NCBI RefSeq assembly: GCF_042660085.1
Contig: NZ_JBHSTI010000008.1
Coordinates: 1,989,876-2,021,875 of the forward strand
DNA from: Longivirga aurantiaca
GTDB taxonomy: Bacteria > Actinomycetota > Actinomycetes > S36-B12 > CAIYMF01
Length of the DNA: 32,000 nucleotides
Direction: 5' to 3'
Shown here: in pieces, positions 14,256 through 23,283 of the stretch
How positions within the stretch are numbered: the stretch's first letter is position 1
Layout: each line of letters starts with the position of its first letter
Notes under the pieces: model-generated
Database searches by the model: none
The model's input: the letters and a program-made list of their open reading frames with translations, nothing else
Told to the model about the DNA's origin: nothing
Made by a program: the position numbers and the translations under genes

Positions 14256-15080
14256 CTACTCGGTGAGGAAGTCGAGGACGAGGCGGCTGAAGGCCGCGGC
14301 GTGCTCGATCTGGGTCCAGTGCCCGCACCGGCCGAACACGTGCAGCCGTACGTCGGGCACCACGTCGAGCAGGTGCAGCGCATTCGACAGCGGGATCACC
14401 TGGTCCTCGCGGCCGTGCACCACGAGGGTCGGCTGAGGCAGGCGCGCGATCTCGTCGTCCGGCGTCACCATCGCGTCGACCCAGCGCTGGCGCGGGGCGG
14501 GGAACATCGCCGAGAACGACTCCTGGAAGCCGGGCTGGATCGACGCCTCGTAGCGCACCTGCGCGAGCTCGTCGGTCACGAGCTCGCGCGAGTGCGCGAA
14601 GATCCCGAGGAGCTCGCGCATGCTCTCGAGCGACGGCTCGTAGCCCCACACGCGGTCGAGCCCGTCGGTGATCTCGAACGGCACCCCCACGCTGCCCATG
14701 AGCACCAGACGCGAGACGCGGTCGGGGTGCCGCGCCGCCACCCGCAGCGCCAGCGCGCCGCCGAAGCTGTTGCCCACCAGCGCGACCTTCCCGAGCCCGA
14801 GCGCGTCGAGGAACCCGACGACCTGGCCGACCCACGTGTCCATGGAGTAGTCGACGCCGTCGGGCCGCTCGGTGAAGCCGAAGCCGACCAGGTCCGGCGC
14901 GTACACCGCGAGCTGCTGCGACAGCACCGGGATCGTGAGCCGCCAGTTGGCGTACGCCGTCACCCCCGGGCCGGAGCCGTGCAGCAGCACCACAGGGTCG
15001 CCCGAGCCCGCGTGCAGGTAGTTGGTGCTGATGCCGGCGGCGACGACGGTCGAGCCGAGCTCGGGGCGCGGTGCGGTCAT
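14256..15080 (-). CDS. Alpha/beta hydrolase (meta-cleavage-product hydrolase-like)
   Basis: 274 aa from MTAPRPELGSTVVAAGIS; 'VVLLHGSGPGVTAYANWRLTIPVLSQQLAVYAPDLVGFGFTERP', nucleophile elbow 'LVGNSFGGALALR', 'PTLVVHGREDQVIPL', 'FGRCGHWTQIEHAAAF'. Confidence 0.95.
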   Translation of the reverse strand: MTAPRPELGSTVVAAGISTNYLHAGSGDPVVLLHGSGPGVTAYANWRLTIPVLSQQLAVYAPDLVGFGFTERPDGVDYSMDTWVGQVVGFLDALGLGKVALVGNSFGGALALRVAARHPDRVSRLVLMGSVGVPFEITDGLDRVWGYEPSLESMRELLGIFAHSRELVTDELAQVRYEASIQPGFQESFSAMFPAPRQRWVDAMVTPDDEIARLPQPTLVVHGREDQVIPLSNALHLLDVVPDVRLHVFGRCGHWTQIEHAAAFSRLVLDFLTE

Positions 15081-15154
15081 GCGCACCAGCATCGCGCACG
15101 CCGCAGCGGCGGCACGCGAGCATCCCGGCACACGGAACGCCCGGAGCCGGGACG

Positions 15155-16153
15155 TCAGGAGGTGGCGACTGCGTTCGCGAGCACCTCGGGGGGCAGCGTC
15201 CAGTGCTCGCCCAGCAGCAGGTCGAGCGTGTCGGGTTGGAAGATGCGCCGACCCCCTGACGGCGTGCTGGTCAGCTCGCCCACGAGCACGCGGCCGTCGA
15301 CGTCGTAGAGGTCGACCCGCAGCATGTCCATGCCTGCCGCGAGCTCCTCGGCGAGCGCGACCATCTCCCCCGACGTCGAAGGCGCGGCGCCCTCACCATC
15401 CGGCTTACCCGCATCCGTGGAACGGAGCAGCGGCCTCCAGTCGCGGTCGCGCAGCACGCCCGGGCCCAGACCGTCGGGGTCGAGCACCTCGATCGCACGC
15501 ACGACGCCGTCGGCCACGAAGAGCTTGTACTCGCGCGCAGGGACCTGCGCCGTGCCGAGCAGCTCCTCCGCGAGCACGCGGTGCGGCACGTCGCGGTAGG
15601 CCCACTCGGGGTAGCGGTTCGGGCCGTGCTCGAAGCCGAGCGTGAGCCACCAGCGGAGCAGCCCCGTCGCCCGCGCGACGTCGAGGTCGTCGGGGTGGAT
15701 GCGGTACCTGCTCCACAGCACGCTCCGGGGCCGGCTCGGCAGCTCCACGCCGCGCGCGAACCGGTCGCTCACCAGAACCGCACCGCCCGACCCGTGGGTG
15801 GCCTTGACGGCGACCTCGCGCGGCAGCTCCGCCCAGGGCACGGCGCCGGCGGCGTCCCACACGCCGTACAGCGTCGGGAGCCGGTCGGCCCCCACCCTCT
15901 CGGTCACCACCTCGCGCACCGCGACGCGGTCGGCCAGCGTCGTGAGGATCGGACGTCGGTCGTGGGCGAGCCGGAACAGCAGCTTGTCGTGGAAGCCCTG
16001 CGGTTCGGGCCCGGCGAGCGAGGCGAGCGTGCGGTACGCCCGCGCAGTGGGCCAGAGCCCGGCACGTGCGTCGACCACCGCGTGCAGCGCCGTGCGGGCA
16101 CGGCGGGGAAGGCGGTCGCGCACGACCGCGAGCGATCGCGTCGTCGACCTCAC
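15155..16153 (-). CDS. TupA-like ATP-grasp family protein
   Basis: 332 aa; 'GFHDKLLFRLAHDRRPILTTLADRVAVREVVTERVGADRLPTLYGVWD...LPREVAVKATHGSGGAVLV...EYKLFVADG...ELAAGMDMLRVDLYDVDGRVLVGELTSTPSGGRRIFQP'. Confidence 0.88.
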   Translation of the reverse strand: MRSTTRSLAVVRDRLPRRARTALHAVVDARAGLWPTARAYRTLASLAGPEPQGFHDKLLFRLAHDRRPILTTLADRVAVREVVTERVGADRLPTLYGVWDAAGAVPWAELPREVAVKATHGSGGAVLVSDRFARGVELPSRPRSVLWSRYRIHPDDLDVARATGLLRWWLTLGFEHGPNRYPEWAYRDVPHRVLAEELLGTAQVPAREYKLFVADGVVRAIEVLDPDGLGPGVLRDRDWRPLLRSTDAGKPDGEGAAPSTSGEMVALAEELAAGMDMLRVDLYDVDGRVLVGELTSTPSGGRRIFQPDTLDLLLGEHWTLPPEVLANAVATS

Positions 16154-16309
16154 ACGGCCTCCCCCTCGTCCCCACGCACCCTAGCCACGCGCTCCGGCAC
16201 AGGACGCGTACGCACCGGCAGCACGGCACCCACGGGTCGTCACCGGACGTTCACCGACGCGTCGGCAGAACACGATCCCGATGACCGAATCCGCCGCTGG
16301 TCTACGCGC

Positions 16310-16876
16310 GTGAGCGTGCTGACGCAGCCGCTGGTCGCCCCCGCCCCGCTGGCGCGACCGGCCCAGGACTCCGACCTGACCGCCATCCTCGACGTGTACG
16401 CCGCCTGCCGCGCGAGCGATCCGACGTACCCGGCTGCGGTCGGCAGCGCGACGACACCCGACCTCGCCGAGTGGTTCTTCCGCAAACCGCTGGCCGCGTG
16501 CCTCGTGGTCGAGAACGCCGACCGGGTCATCGTCGGCGTGGCGGGGCTGAGCGCCGCCGCCCCGCCCCAGTCCGCGCGCGGCGACCGACGCGTGCACTGG
16601 ATGGAGTCGTGCCGGCTCGCGGTCCATCCCGAGCACCGAGGCGGCGCCGCCTCACGGGCCCTGACGTCGGCGCGGATGCGCGCGGCCTCCGACCTCGGGG
16701 CCGATCGGCTCTGGCTGCGCTGCCTGCCCGGCTCCCCCGCGCACGGCCTCTACCTGCGCGTGGGCTGGTCGTTCCTCTCCCGCGGGCACATCGACGTGCC
16801 TGGCGAGGCGTCACGCCCCGCCGTGCTGCTGCAGCGCGCCGTCCCCGCGATGCCGACGTACCGCGTGGTGACTTGA
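16310..16876 (+). CDS. GNAT-like N-acetyltransferase
   Basis: 188 aa from GTG 16310; 'RLAVHPEHRGGAASRALTSARMRAASDLGADRLWLRCLPGSPAHGLYLRVGWSFLSRGH' matches GNAT motifs A/B. Confidence 0.85.
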   Translation: MSVLTQPLVAPAPLARPAQDSDLTAILDVYAACRASDPTYPAAVGSATTPDLAEWFFRKPLAACLVVENADRVIVGVAGLSAAAPPQSARGDRRVHWMESCRLAVHPEHRGGAASRALTSARMRAASDLGADRLWLRCLPGSPAHGLYLRVGWSFLSRGHIDVPGEASRPAVLLQRAVPAMPTYRVVT

Positions 16877-16924
16877 CCCGACACGGTCCGCGACGGGCAG
16901 TGTCCGCTGTGGTGGGATCGGCGC

Positions 16925-17992
16925 ATGGCCCCCGACCCGGTGACCGCGTCCGGGCGTGCCGATCCCCTGCTCGTCGCCCGCCTGCGCGCGCAGCTGCTGA
17001 CCAGCCGCGCGGCGACCGACCCGGTCGACGTCGTCGAGCGCCTCCTCGCCGTCCAGGCGCAGGACGGCCGCGGCTTCCGGCTCGCCGTGCGCGCCCGGTC
17101 CAGCGTCGCCGGCGCCTCGGCGGTCGACCACGCGCTCACCCACGACCGCAGCCTCGTCGTCGACTGGCTGAACCGCGGCACCCTGCACCTCGTGCGCAGC
17201 GAGGACCACGCCTGGCTGCACATGCTGACCACGCCCCGGCTGACGACGGCGGGCAACCGACGGCTCGCGCAGGAGGGCGTCGACGCGGCCATGGCCGAGC
17301 GCGCGGTCGCGCTGGTGACGACGACCCTCCGCGAGGACGGGCCGCACACCCGCGCGCAGCTGCGCGACGTCCTCGACGCGGCAGGTGTGCGCACCGCCGG
17401 CCAGGCCCTCGTGCACGTCCTCGGGGCCGCGTCGTTCGCAGGGCTCGCCCTGCGCGGCCCGGTGGTCGACGGCGAGCAGGCCTTCGTCGACCCCGAGTCG
17501 TGGCTCGGCCCGCGGCCCCCGCTGCCCGAGAGGGACGTCGCCCTCGCCGAGCTCGCGCGTCGCTACCTGGCCGGGCACGGGCCGGCGCGCGACCACGACC
17601 TCGCGTACTGGACCGGCCTCCCCCTCCGCGACGCGCGACGCGGGCTCGCAGGCGTGCGCGGCCTGGTCGACCATGGCGACGGGCTCGTCTCGCTGCACGC
17701 CGACGACGATGCGCCAGCCGTCCCCGATCCCGTGCTGCTCGGGCCGTTCGACCCCCTGCTGCACGGGTGGAAGTCGCGCGCCCTCGTCGTGGGCGACGAC
17801 GAGGAGGGCGTGGTGACGAGCAACGGCCTCTTCCGCCCGGTCGCGCTGGTGGACGGTGTCGCGGTCGCGGTGTGGGGCCTCGCGGGCGGCCGGCTCACCT
17901 GGACGGTGCGCGACGGCCACCGGCTGAGCAGCCCCGTCGAGCAGGCGCTGCGCATCGACGCCGCACGGGTCGTCGACTACCTCGGCAGCTGA
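16925..17992 (+). CDS. Winged helix DNA-binding domain-containing protein (HTH_42/DUF1006 type)
   Basis: 355 aa; 'RLRAQLLTSRAATDPVDVVERLLAVQAQDGRGFRLAVRARS...LVVDWLNRGTLHLVRSEDHAWLHML...RYLAGHGPARDHDLAYWTGLPLRDARRGL'. Confidence 0.88.
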   Translation: MAPDPVTASGRADPLLVARLRAQLLTSRAATDPVDVVERLLAVQAQDGRGFRLAVRARSSVAGASAVDHALTHDRSLVVDWLNRGTLHLVRSEDHAWLHMLTTPRLTTAGNRRLAQEGVDAAMAERAVALVTTTLREDGPHTRAQLRDVLDAAGVRTAGQALVHVLGAASFAGLALRGPVVDGEQAFVDPESWLGPRPPLPERDVALAELARRYLAGHGPARDHDLAYWTGLPLRDARRGLAGVRGLVDHGDGLVSLHADDDAPAVPDPVLLGPFDPLLHGWKSRALVVGDDEEGVVTSNGLFRPVALVDGVAVAVWGLAGGRLTWTVRDGHRLSSPVEQALRIDAARVVDYLGS

Positions 17993-18185
17993 CGGGCGAG
18001 ACGCACGAGCCGCTCATGACGACGGCTGAGGCTGTGGAGCTGGCGCGACCCGAGCTCGGCCTCGACCAGCGCCCGCGAGGCCGCCGAGCACACCGACGAC
18101 CTGCACGACCCCGAGGCGTCGCCGCGGCCTATCTGACGGTGGCCGCCGTCCTGCGGCTCTGAGGGCGGACGGAGCGAGCGGCGCT

Positions 18186-19463
18186 CTAGTGACCGGCGAG
18201 CTCCAGCTCGCGGACGTCGGAGCGCAGCCTCGTCGAGGGCCAGCGCACGAAACCGATGCTGACCACCAGGAGCCCGATCGCGGCCATGACGGTGACGGCG
18301 AACGCCGGGCTGGTGCGGTCGGCGATGAATCCGGTCACGAGGTAGCCCAGCGCGGTGACGGCGGCGAACCCCGCGCTGGCGATGCCGACGACGCGTCCGC
18401 GGTGCTCGTTCTTCGTGAGCAGCGTGGTGAACGACATGACCGGCACGAGGAAGGCCTGCGCGACGCCGGAGACGAACCACAGCACGACCAGCAGGACGAT
18501 CGGCGGCTCGATGCCGGTGAGGAGCAGGGGCAGGCACACCGTGATGGCGAGCGGCAGCACGAGGTCGAGCTGGTCGCGCGGGGTACGGCGTCCGACCAGG
18601 ATCGACCCGAGCGCCGCCCCCGTGATGACCGACGCCATGAGCACACCGCCCCAGGCATCGAGCTCGCCGGCGTCGCGCACGTAGGCCAGGGCGACGGCCT
18701 CGGGCGCCACGAGCGAGGCGGCCATGCCCCAGCCGAGCAGGATCAGCGCGCGGCGCGACCTGTCGGCCATCAGCATCCGCCAGCCGTCGGCGAGGTCGGT
18801 GAAGAGCTGGCGCACCGACTCGGTGGCGTCGAGCATCGCGGGCCGGTTGCGCAGGAACGCCGCGAGCAGCGCGTACGACACGATGAACGAGATCGCATCC
18901 ACGAACAGCGCGGCCTGCGGGCTGCTGAGCTGCACGACGATGCCGCCGAGCACGAGGCCGATGGCCTGGTTCGCGAGGTGCAGCGAGCGCGTCAGGCCCG
19001 TACCGGCCGTGACGAGCCGCGGGCTCCCGAGCACGTCCGGGATGGACGCCGCCCGCGCCGACTCGAACAACGGCGTGAACAGCTCGGCCACGAAGAGCAG
19101 CGCGAACAGGACCCAGAGCGGGGCGCTGGTGCCGGCCATGAGCGCGAGCACACCGATGGTGATCGCGCGTGCGACGTCGGCGAGCAGCATGAGCGACTTG
19201 CGGCTGAAGCGGTCGGCGAGCGAGCCGAGGAGGGCGCCCCCGAGGAACGTGGGCACGAACGAGACCGCGAACGTGGCAGCGGCGAGCAGCGCGGAGCCGG
19301 TGTCGGACAGCACCAGCAGGGCCAGCGCGACCCGCGCGATCTGGTCGCCGGCCTCGCTCGCCACCTGGGCGGCCACGAGACCACGGAACTCGCGGACGGC
19401 GAGCACCTCACGCAGACCTGCGCGCTGACGCTCACCAGTCCGACCCACGTCGGCAGAGCTCAC
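18186..19463 (-). CDS. MFS transporter
   Basis: 425 aa from GTG 19463 (VSSADVGRTGERQRAGLREVLAVREFRGLVAAQVASEAGDQIARVALALLVLS...); 12-TM pattern, 'LGSLADRFSRKSLMLLADV'. Start overlaps the glnE stop. Confidence 0.93.
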   Translation of the reverse strand: MSSADVGRTGERQRAGLREVLAVREFRGLVAAQVASEAGDQIARVALALLVLSDTGSALLAAATFAVSFVPTFLGGALLGSLADRFSRKSLMLLADVARAITIGVLALMAGTSAPLWVLFALLFVAELFTPLFESARAASIPDVLGSPRLVTAGTGLTRSLHLANQAIGLVLGGIVVQLSSPQAALFVDAISFIVSYALLAAFLRNRPAMLDATESVRQLFTDLADGWRMLMADRSRRALILLGWGMAASLVAPEAVALAYVRDAGELDAWGGVLMASVITGAALGSILVGRRTPRDQLDLVLPLAITVCLPLLLTGIEPPIVLLVVLWFVSGVAQAFLVPVMSFTTLLTKNEHRGRVVGIASAGFAAVTALGYLVTGFIADRTSPAFAVTVMAAIGLLVVSIGFVRWPSTRLRSDVRELELAGH

Positions 19464-22400
19464 GCGTAGAACACCCTCTCCACGACCCCCCGTGCACGTC
19501 GCGTGATCCGCCGGTAGTCGTCCAGCAGCGCTCCGCTCTCGCCGGGAGGGTATCCGAGCACCTGCGACACAGCGGCCAGGTCGCGCGTGTCGGTAGGCAC
19601 CATGTCGCTCGCTCGGCCCTTGACCAGCATCACGGCGTCGCGCACCCTCGTCGCCATCCGCCAGGCGGACGCGAGGTGCTCCGCATCCTCGGCCTCGAGC
19701 AGGCCCGCGGCGACCGCGCCGTCGAGCGCGGGAACCGTGCGGGTCGTCCGCAGCGCGGGCACCGCGTGCCCGTGCTGCAGGGTGATGAGCTGGGCCACCC
19801 ACTCGACGTCCGAGAGGCCACCGCGACCGAGCTTGGTGTGCAGGCCGGGGTCGGCACCGCGCGGGAGCCGCTCGGCCTCCATCCGCGCCTTGAGCCGCCG
19901 GATCTCGCGGACGTCGCTCTCGCCGATGCCACCCTCGGGGTAGCGCAGCGGGTCGATGATCGCCACGAACTCGCGGCCGAGCGCGTCGTCGCCGGCTACG
20001 GGCTCGGCGCGCAGCAGCGCCTGCGCCTCCCAGGCAGAGGACCACTTCTCGTAGTACGAGGCGTACGACGCGATGGTGCGCACCAGCGGGCCGTTGCGTC
20101 CCTCGGGCCGCAGCGAGGCGTCGACCTCGAGCGCCGGGTCGGGCGTGGGGATCATGAGCAGGCGCCGCAGCTCGGCGGCCACGGCGAGCGCAGCCTCGTG
20201 GGCGTCGCGGTCGTCCGCCCCGGGGAGCGGGTCGTGCACGAACAGGACGTCGGCGTCGCTGGCGAAGCCGAGCTCGCCGCCCCCGAAGCGCCCCATCGCC
20301 ACGACCAGGAAACGGGTCGGCAGCGCGCTCCCTCTCTCGGCGGTGACGGCGCGCTCGGCGATCTCGAGCGCGCCGGTGATGGTCGCCCCTGCGATCGCCG
20401 ACAGCGCGACGCCGGCATCGTCGACCTGCGCCAGGCCGAGCAGCTCGGCCACGGCCGTGCGGAACAGCTCGCGCCGACGCAGCGCGCGCACGGCCGCCAC
20501 CGCTACCTCGGGGTCCTCGTAGCGCCGCGCGGCGGCCAGCGCCTCGGCATCGAGGGCCTCGCGGGTCCGCGGAACCAGCTCGTCGTCATCGGCGAGCATC
20601 GTGACGCCCTCGGGGGCCCGCATGAGCAGGTCGGACGCGTAGCGGCTCGAGGCGAGGATCGTCGCGAGCCTCTGCGCGGCGAGCGACTCGTCGCGCAGCA
20701 GGCGCAGGTACCACGGGGTCGAGCCCAACGAGTCGCTCATGCGTCGGAAGGCGAGCAGGCCCGCGTCCGGGTTGGGTGCACCCGCGAACCAGCCGAGCAT
20801 CACGGGCAGCAGAGTCCGCTGGATGGCGGCGCGGCGCGTGACGCCCGAGGTCAGCGCCTCGAGGTTGCGCAGCGCGCCCGCGGGGTCGACGTAGCCGAGC
20901 GCCTCGAGCCGCTGCCGCGCAGCCTCGTGGGTGAGCCGCGCCTCGCCCGCGTCGAGGCGCGCCACGGCGTTGAGCAGCGGCCGGTAGAACAGCTTCTCGT
21001 GCAGCCGACGGACCTCGCGCCGGTGCTTCTTCCACGCGTCGTTCAGCTCGGCGACGGGATCGGTGCGCATCCCCATCGACCGCGCGATGTGCCGCAGCGC
21101 GACGTCGGAGTCGGGCACCACGTGGGTGCGCCTCAGCCGGTGCAGCTGGATCCGGTGCTCGAGCGTCCGCAGGAAGGCGTACGACTGCGCGAGGTTCGAC
21201 GCGTCCTCGCGTCCGACGTACCCCCACGTGGCGAGCGACTCCAGCGCAGTCATCGTGGTGCTGCTGTGGAGCATCACGTCGCTGCGCCCGTGCACGAGCT
21301 GCAGCAGCTGCACGGAGAACTCGACGTCGCGCAGCCCCCCGGAGCCGAGCTTGAGCTGCCGGTCGGCGTCCTTGGCCGGCACGTTCTCCTCGACGCGGCG
21401 ACGCATCGCCTGCACGTCCTCGACGAAGTTCGGCCGGTCGGCCGCGCTCCACACGAACGGCGTCACGAGATCGACGAAGGCTGCCCCGAGGTCGAGATCA
21501 CCGGCGGCGGGGCGTGCCTTGAGCAGCGCCTGGAACTCCCACGTCGAGGCCCAGCGCCGGTAGTAGCCGTCGTACGACGCCAGCGTGCGCACGAGCGCGC
21601 CGGACTTGCCCTCGGGCCGGAGGTTGGGGTCGACCTCCCAGATCGATCCCTCGGGAGTGGGTGCGTTGCACGCGCGCATGAGCGACTGCGCGAGCCGGGT
21701 GCCGGCGCGGATGGCCTCGGTCTCGTCGACGCCGTCGCGCGGCTCGACGACGTACACGACGTCGACGTCGGAGATGTAGTTGAGCTCGTGCCCGCCGCAC
21801 TTGCCGAGCGCGAGCACGGCGATGCGCACGAGGTCGGACGCGTCCGGGTGCTCGGACCGCGCGATCGCGAGCGCGGCCTCGAGCGTGCCGTCGGCGAGGT
21901 CGGCGAGCGCAGCGGACACCTCGACGAAGGCGGCGCCGTCGGCGAGGTCCGCGGCGGCGATCGCGAGCAGGCGCCGCCGGTAGGCGACCCGCAGCGCCGA
22001 CAGCACCTCGGTGCCCGAGCCGGAGGCGACCGGCGGCGTGGCGCGGGGGTCGGCCCCCACCGCGCGCAGCAGCTCGGATCGCACGACGTCGACGGGCGCG
22101 AAGTCGGGCGCGCCCTCGTCGTGCGCCCGCAGCACGGTCCAGTCGCCCGGGTGGCGCACCAGGTGGTCGCCGAGAGCGACCGACGCGCCGAGCACGGTGA
22201 GGACCCGGCGGCGCGACTCCTCGTCCTCGTCGAGCTCGGCGACGAGGGCGCGGGCGGCGGGGTCGCCCGTCTCGGCGATGCGCGAGAGCGTCGCGAGGGC
22301 GAGGTCGGGGTCGGCTGCCAGCGAGAGGTCGACGACCGCGTCGGTGCCGAGGCCGACGAGGCCCGGGTCGGACAGCAGCCGGACCGCGAGGGCGGCGTCG

Positions 22401-22471
22401 GCGAAGCCGAGGCGGGCGAGGCGGCCCTGCAGGCTGCCCGACCGTCCCTCGGCCGCGCCGTCGAGGGTCAT
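19460..22471 (-). CDS. glnE: Bifunctional [glutamine synthetase] adenylyltransferase/deadenylyltransferase
   Basis: 1003 aa from MTLDGAAEGRSGSLQGRLARLGFADAAL; two nucleotidyltransferase cores 'ALGKCGGHELNYISDVDVVYVVEP' and 'AMGRFGGGELGFASDADVLFVHDP'. Confidence 0.97.
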   Translation of the reverse strand: MTLDGAAEGRSGSLQGRLARLGFADAALAVRLLSDPGLVGLGTDAVVDLSLAADPDLALATLSRIAETGDPAARALVAELDEDEESRRRVLTVLGASVALGDHLVRHPGDWTVLRAHDEGAPDFAPVDVVRSELLRAVGADPRATPPVASGSGTEVLSALRVAYRRRLLAIAAADLADGAAFVEVSAALADLADGTLEAALAIARSEHPDASDLVRIAVLALGKCGGHELNYISDVDVVYVVEPRDGVDETEAIRAGTRLAQSLMRACNAPTPEGSIWEVDPNLRPEGKSGALVRTLASYDGYYRRWASTWEFQALLKARPAAGDLDLGAAFVDLVTPFVWSAADRPNFVEDVQAMRRRVEENVPAKDADRQLKLGSGGLRDVEFSVQLLQLVHGRSDVMLHSSTTMTALESLATWGYVGREDASNLAQSYAFLRTLEHRIQLHRLRRTHVVPDSDVALRHIARSMGMRTDPVAELNDAWKKHRREVRRLHEKLFYRPLLNAVARLDAGEARLTHEAARQRLEALGYVDPAGALRNLEALTSGVTRRAAIQRTLLPVMLGWFAGAPNPDAGLLAFRRMSDSLGSTPWYLRLLRDESLAAQRLATILASSRYASDLLMRAPEGVTMLADDDELVPRTREALDAEALAAARRYEDPEVAVAAVRALRRRELFRTAVAELLGLAQVDDAGVALSAIAGATITGALEIAERAVTAERGSALPTRFLVVAMGRFGGGELGFASDADVLFVHDPLPGADDRDAHEAALAVAAELRRLLMIPTPDPALEVDASLRPEGRNGPLVRTIASYASYYEKWSSAWEAQALLRAEPVAGDDALGREFVAIIDPLRYPEGGIGESDVREIRRLKARMEAERLPRGADPGLHTKLGRGGLSDVEWVAQLITLQHGHAVPALRTTRTVPALDGAVAAGLLEAEDAEHLASAWRMATRVRDAVMLVKGRASDMVPTDTRDLAAVSQVLGYPPGESGALLDDYRRITRRARGVVERVFYA

Positions 22472-23235
22472 CAGGGCCGCGGACTGCCGGCCGACGCGCG
22501 GACGACCTCGGCGAAGGCCACCGCGAACGGACGCCACCCGTCGAGCATCTCCTGCTCGCGGTCCACGACGTCCTGCATGACCTTCTCCACGCTCGCGCCG
22601 GCCTTCTCGACCGGCTCGGGGTCGTCCGGGAACCAGGAGGCGAGGATCTCGGCGTCGACCTCGGGGTGGAACTGGATCGCCCAGGCGCTTCTGCCGAGGC
22701 GGTAGGCCTGCACGGGGCAGGTCGGGGTCGAGGCCAGCACGACGGCCCCCTCGGGCACCTCGAGCATGGCGTCCTGGTGGTACTGCGCGACGGGGATGCC
22801 CTGCGGGAGAACGGAGAACAGCGGGTCGCCCTGCGCCTCGGGCAGCAGGTCGATCTCGTAGATGCCGACCTCCGCCACGGGGGCGCGGTCCACGACGCCG
22901 CCTGCGGCGAGGGTCATGAGCTGGCCTCCGAGGCAGACGCCGAGGAGCGGCGCGGACGACTCGACCGAGCTGAGGATCAGGGCCCGCTCGTCGGGCAGCC
23001 ACGGTGCGCGCTCGTCCTCCCACGCGGCCATCTCGCCGCCGAGCAGCACCACGCCGTGGTAGCCCGCGGGGAGCTCGCGCGGCACGGGCTCGCCGAGGTC
23101 GGCGCGCACGACGTCGTAGCCGATGCCGTGCTCGTCCCACCAGGTGCCGAGCAGCCCGACCGGGTCGGTCGGGTCGTTCTGGATGACGAGGAGGCGTGCC
23201 GGCGCGGCTGCGCCCTCGATGGTCTGGGAGGTCAT
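22471..23235 (-). CDS. Class I (type 1) glutamine amidotransferase
   Basis: 254 aa; nucleophile 'LLGVCLGGQLMTLAAGG', 'WAIQFHPEVDAEIL'. Stop overlaps glnE start as TGATG. Confidence 0.93.
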   Translation of the reverse strand: MTSQTIEGAAAPARLLVIQNDPTDPVGLLGTWWDEHGIGYDVVRADLGEPVPRELPAGYHGVVLLGGEMAAWEDERAPWLPDERALILSSVESSAPLLGVCLGGQLMTLAAGGVVDRAPVAEVGIYEIDLLPEAQGDPLFSVLPQGIPVAQYHQDAMLEVPEGAVVLASTPTCPVQAYRLGRSAWAIQFHPEVDAEILASWFPDDPEPVEKAGASVEKVMQDVVDREQEMLDGWRPFAVAFAEVVRASAGSPRP

Positions 23236-23283
23236 CGGGGCCTGATTCTGTGCGGGACGGTGTTCGCGTGCGGACGGGTCGGG

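Noticed and set aside
12490-15123. 877-aa minus-strand ORF antisense to the DUF222/HNH gene and frame-shadowing the hydrolase
   Set aside because: No domains, low-complexity translation; conflicts with well-supported genes on the other frames.
18016-18162. Small plus-strand ORF MTTAEAVELARPELGLDQRPRGRRAHRRPARPRGVAAAYLTVAAVLRL between convergent genes
   Set aside because: Has an ATG and stop but no clear RBS or family resemblance. Might be a decayed remnant but cannot be supported.
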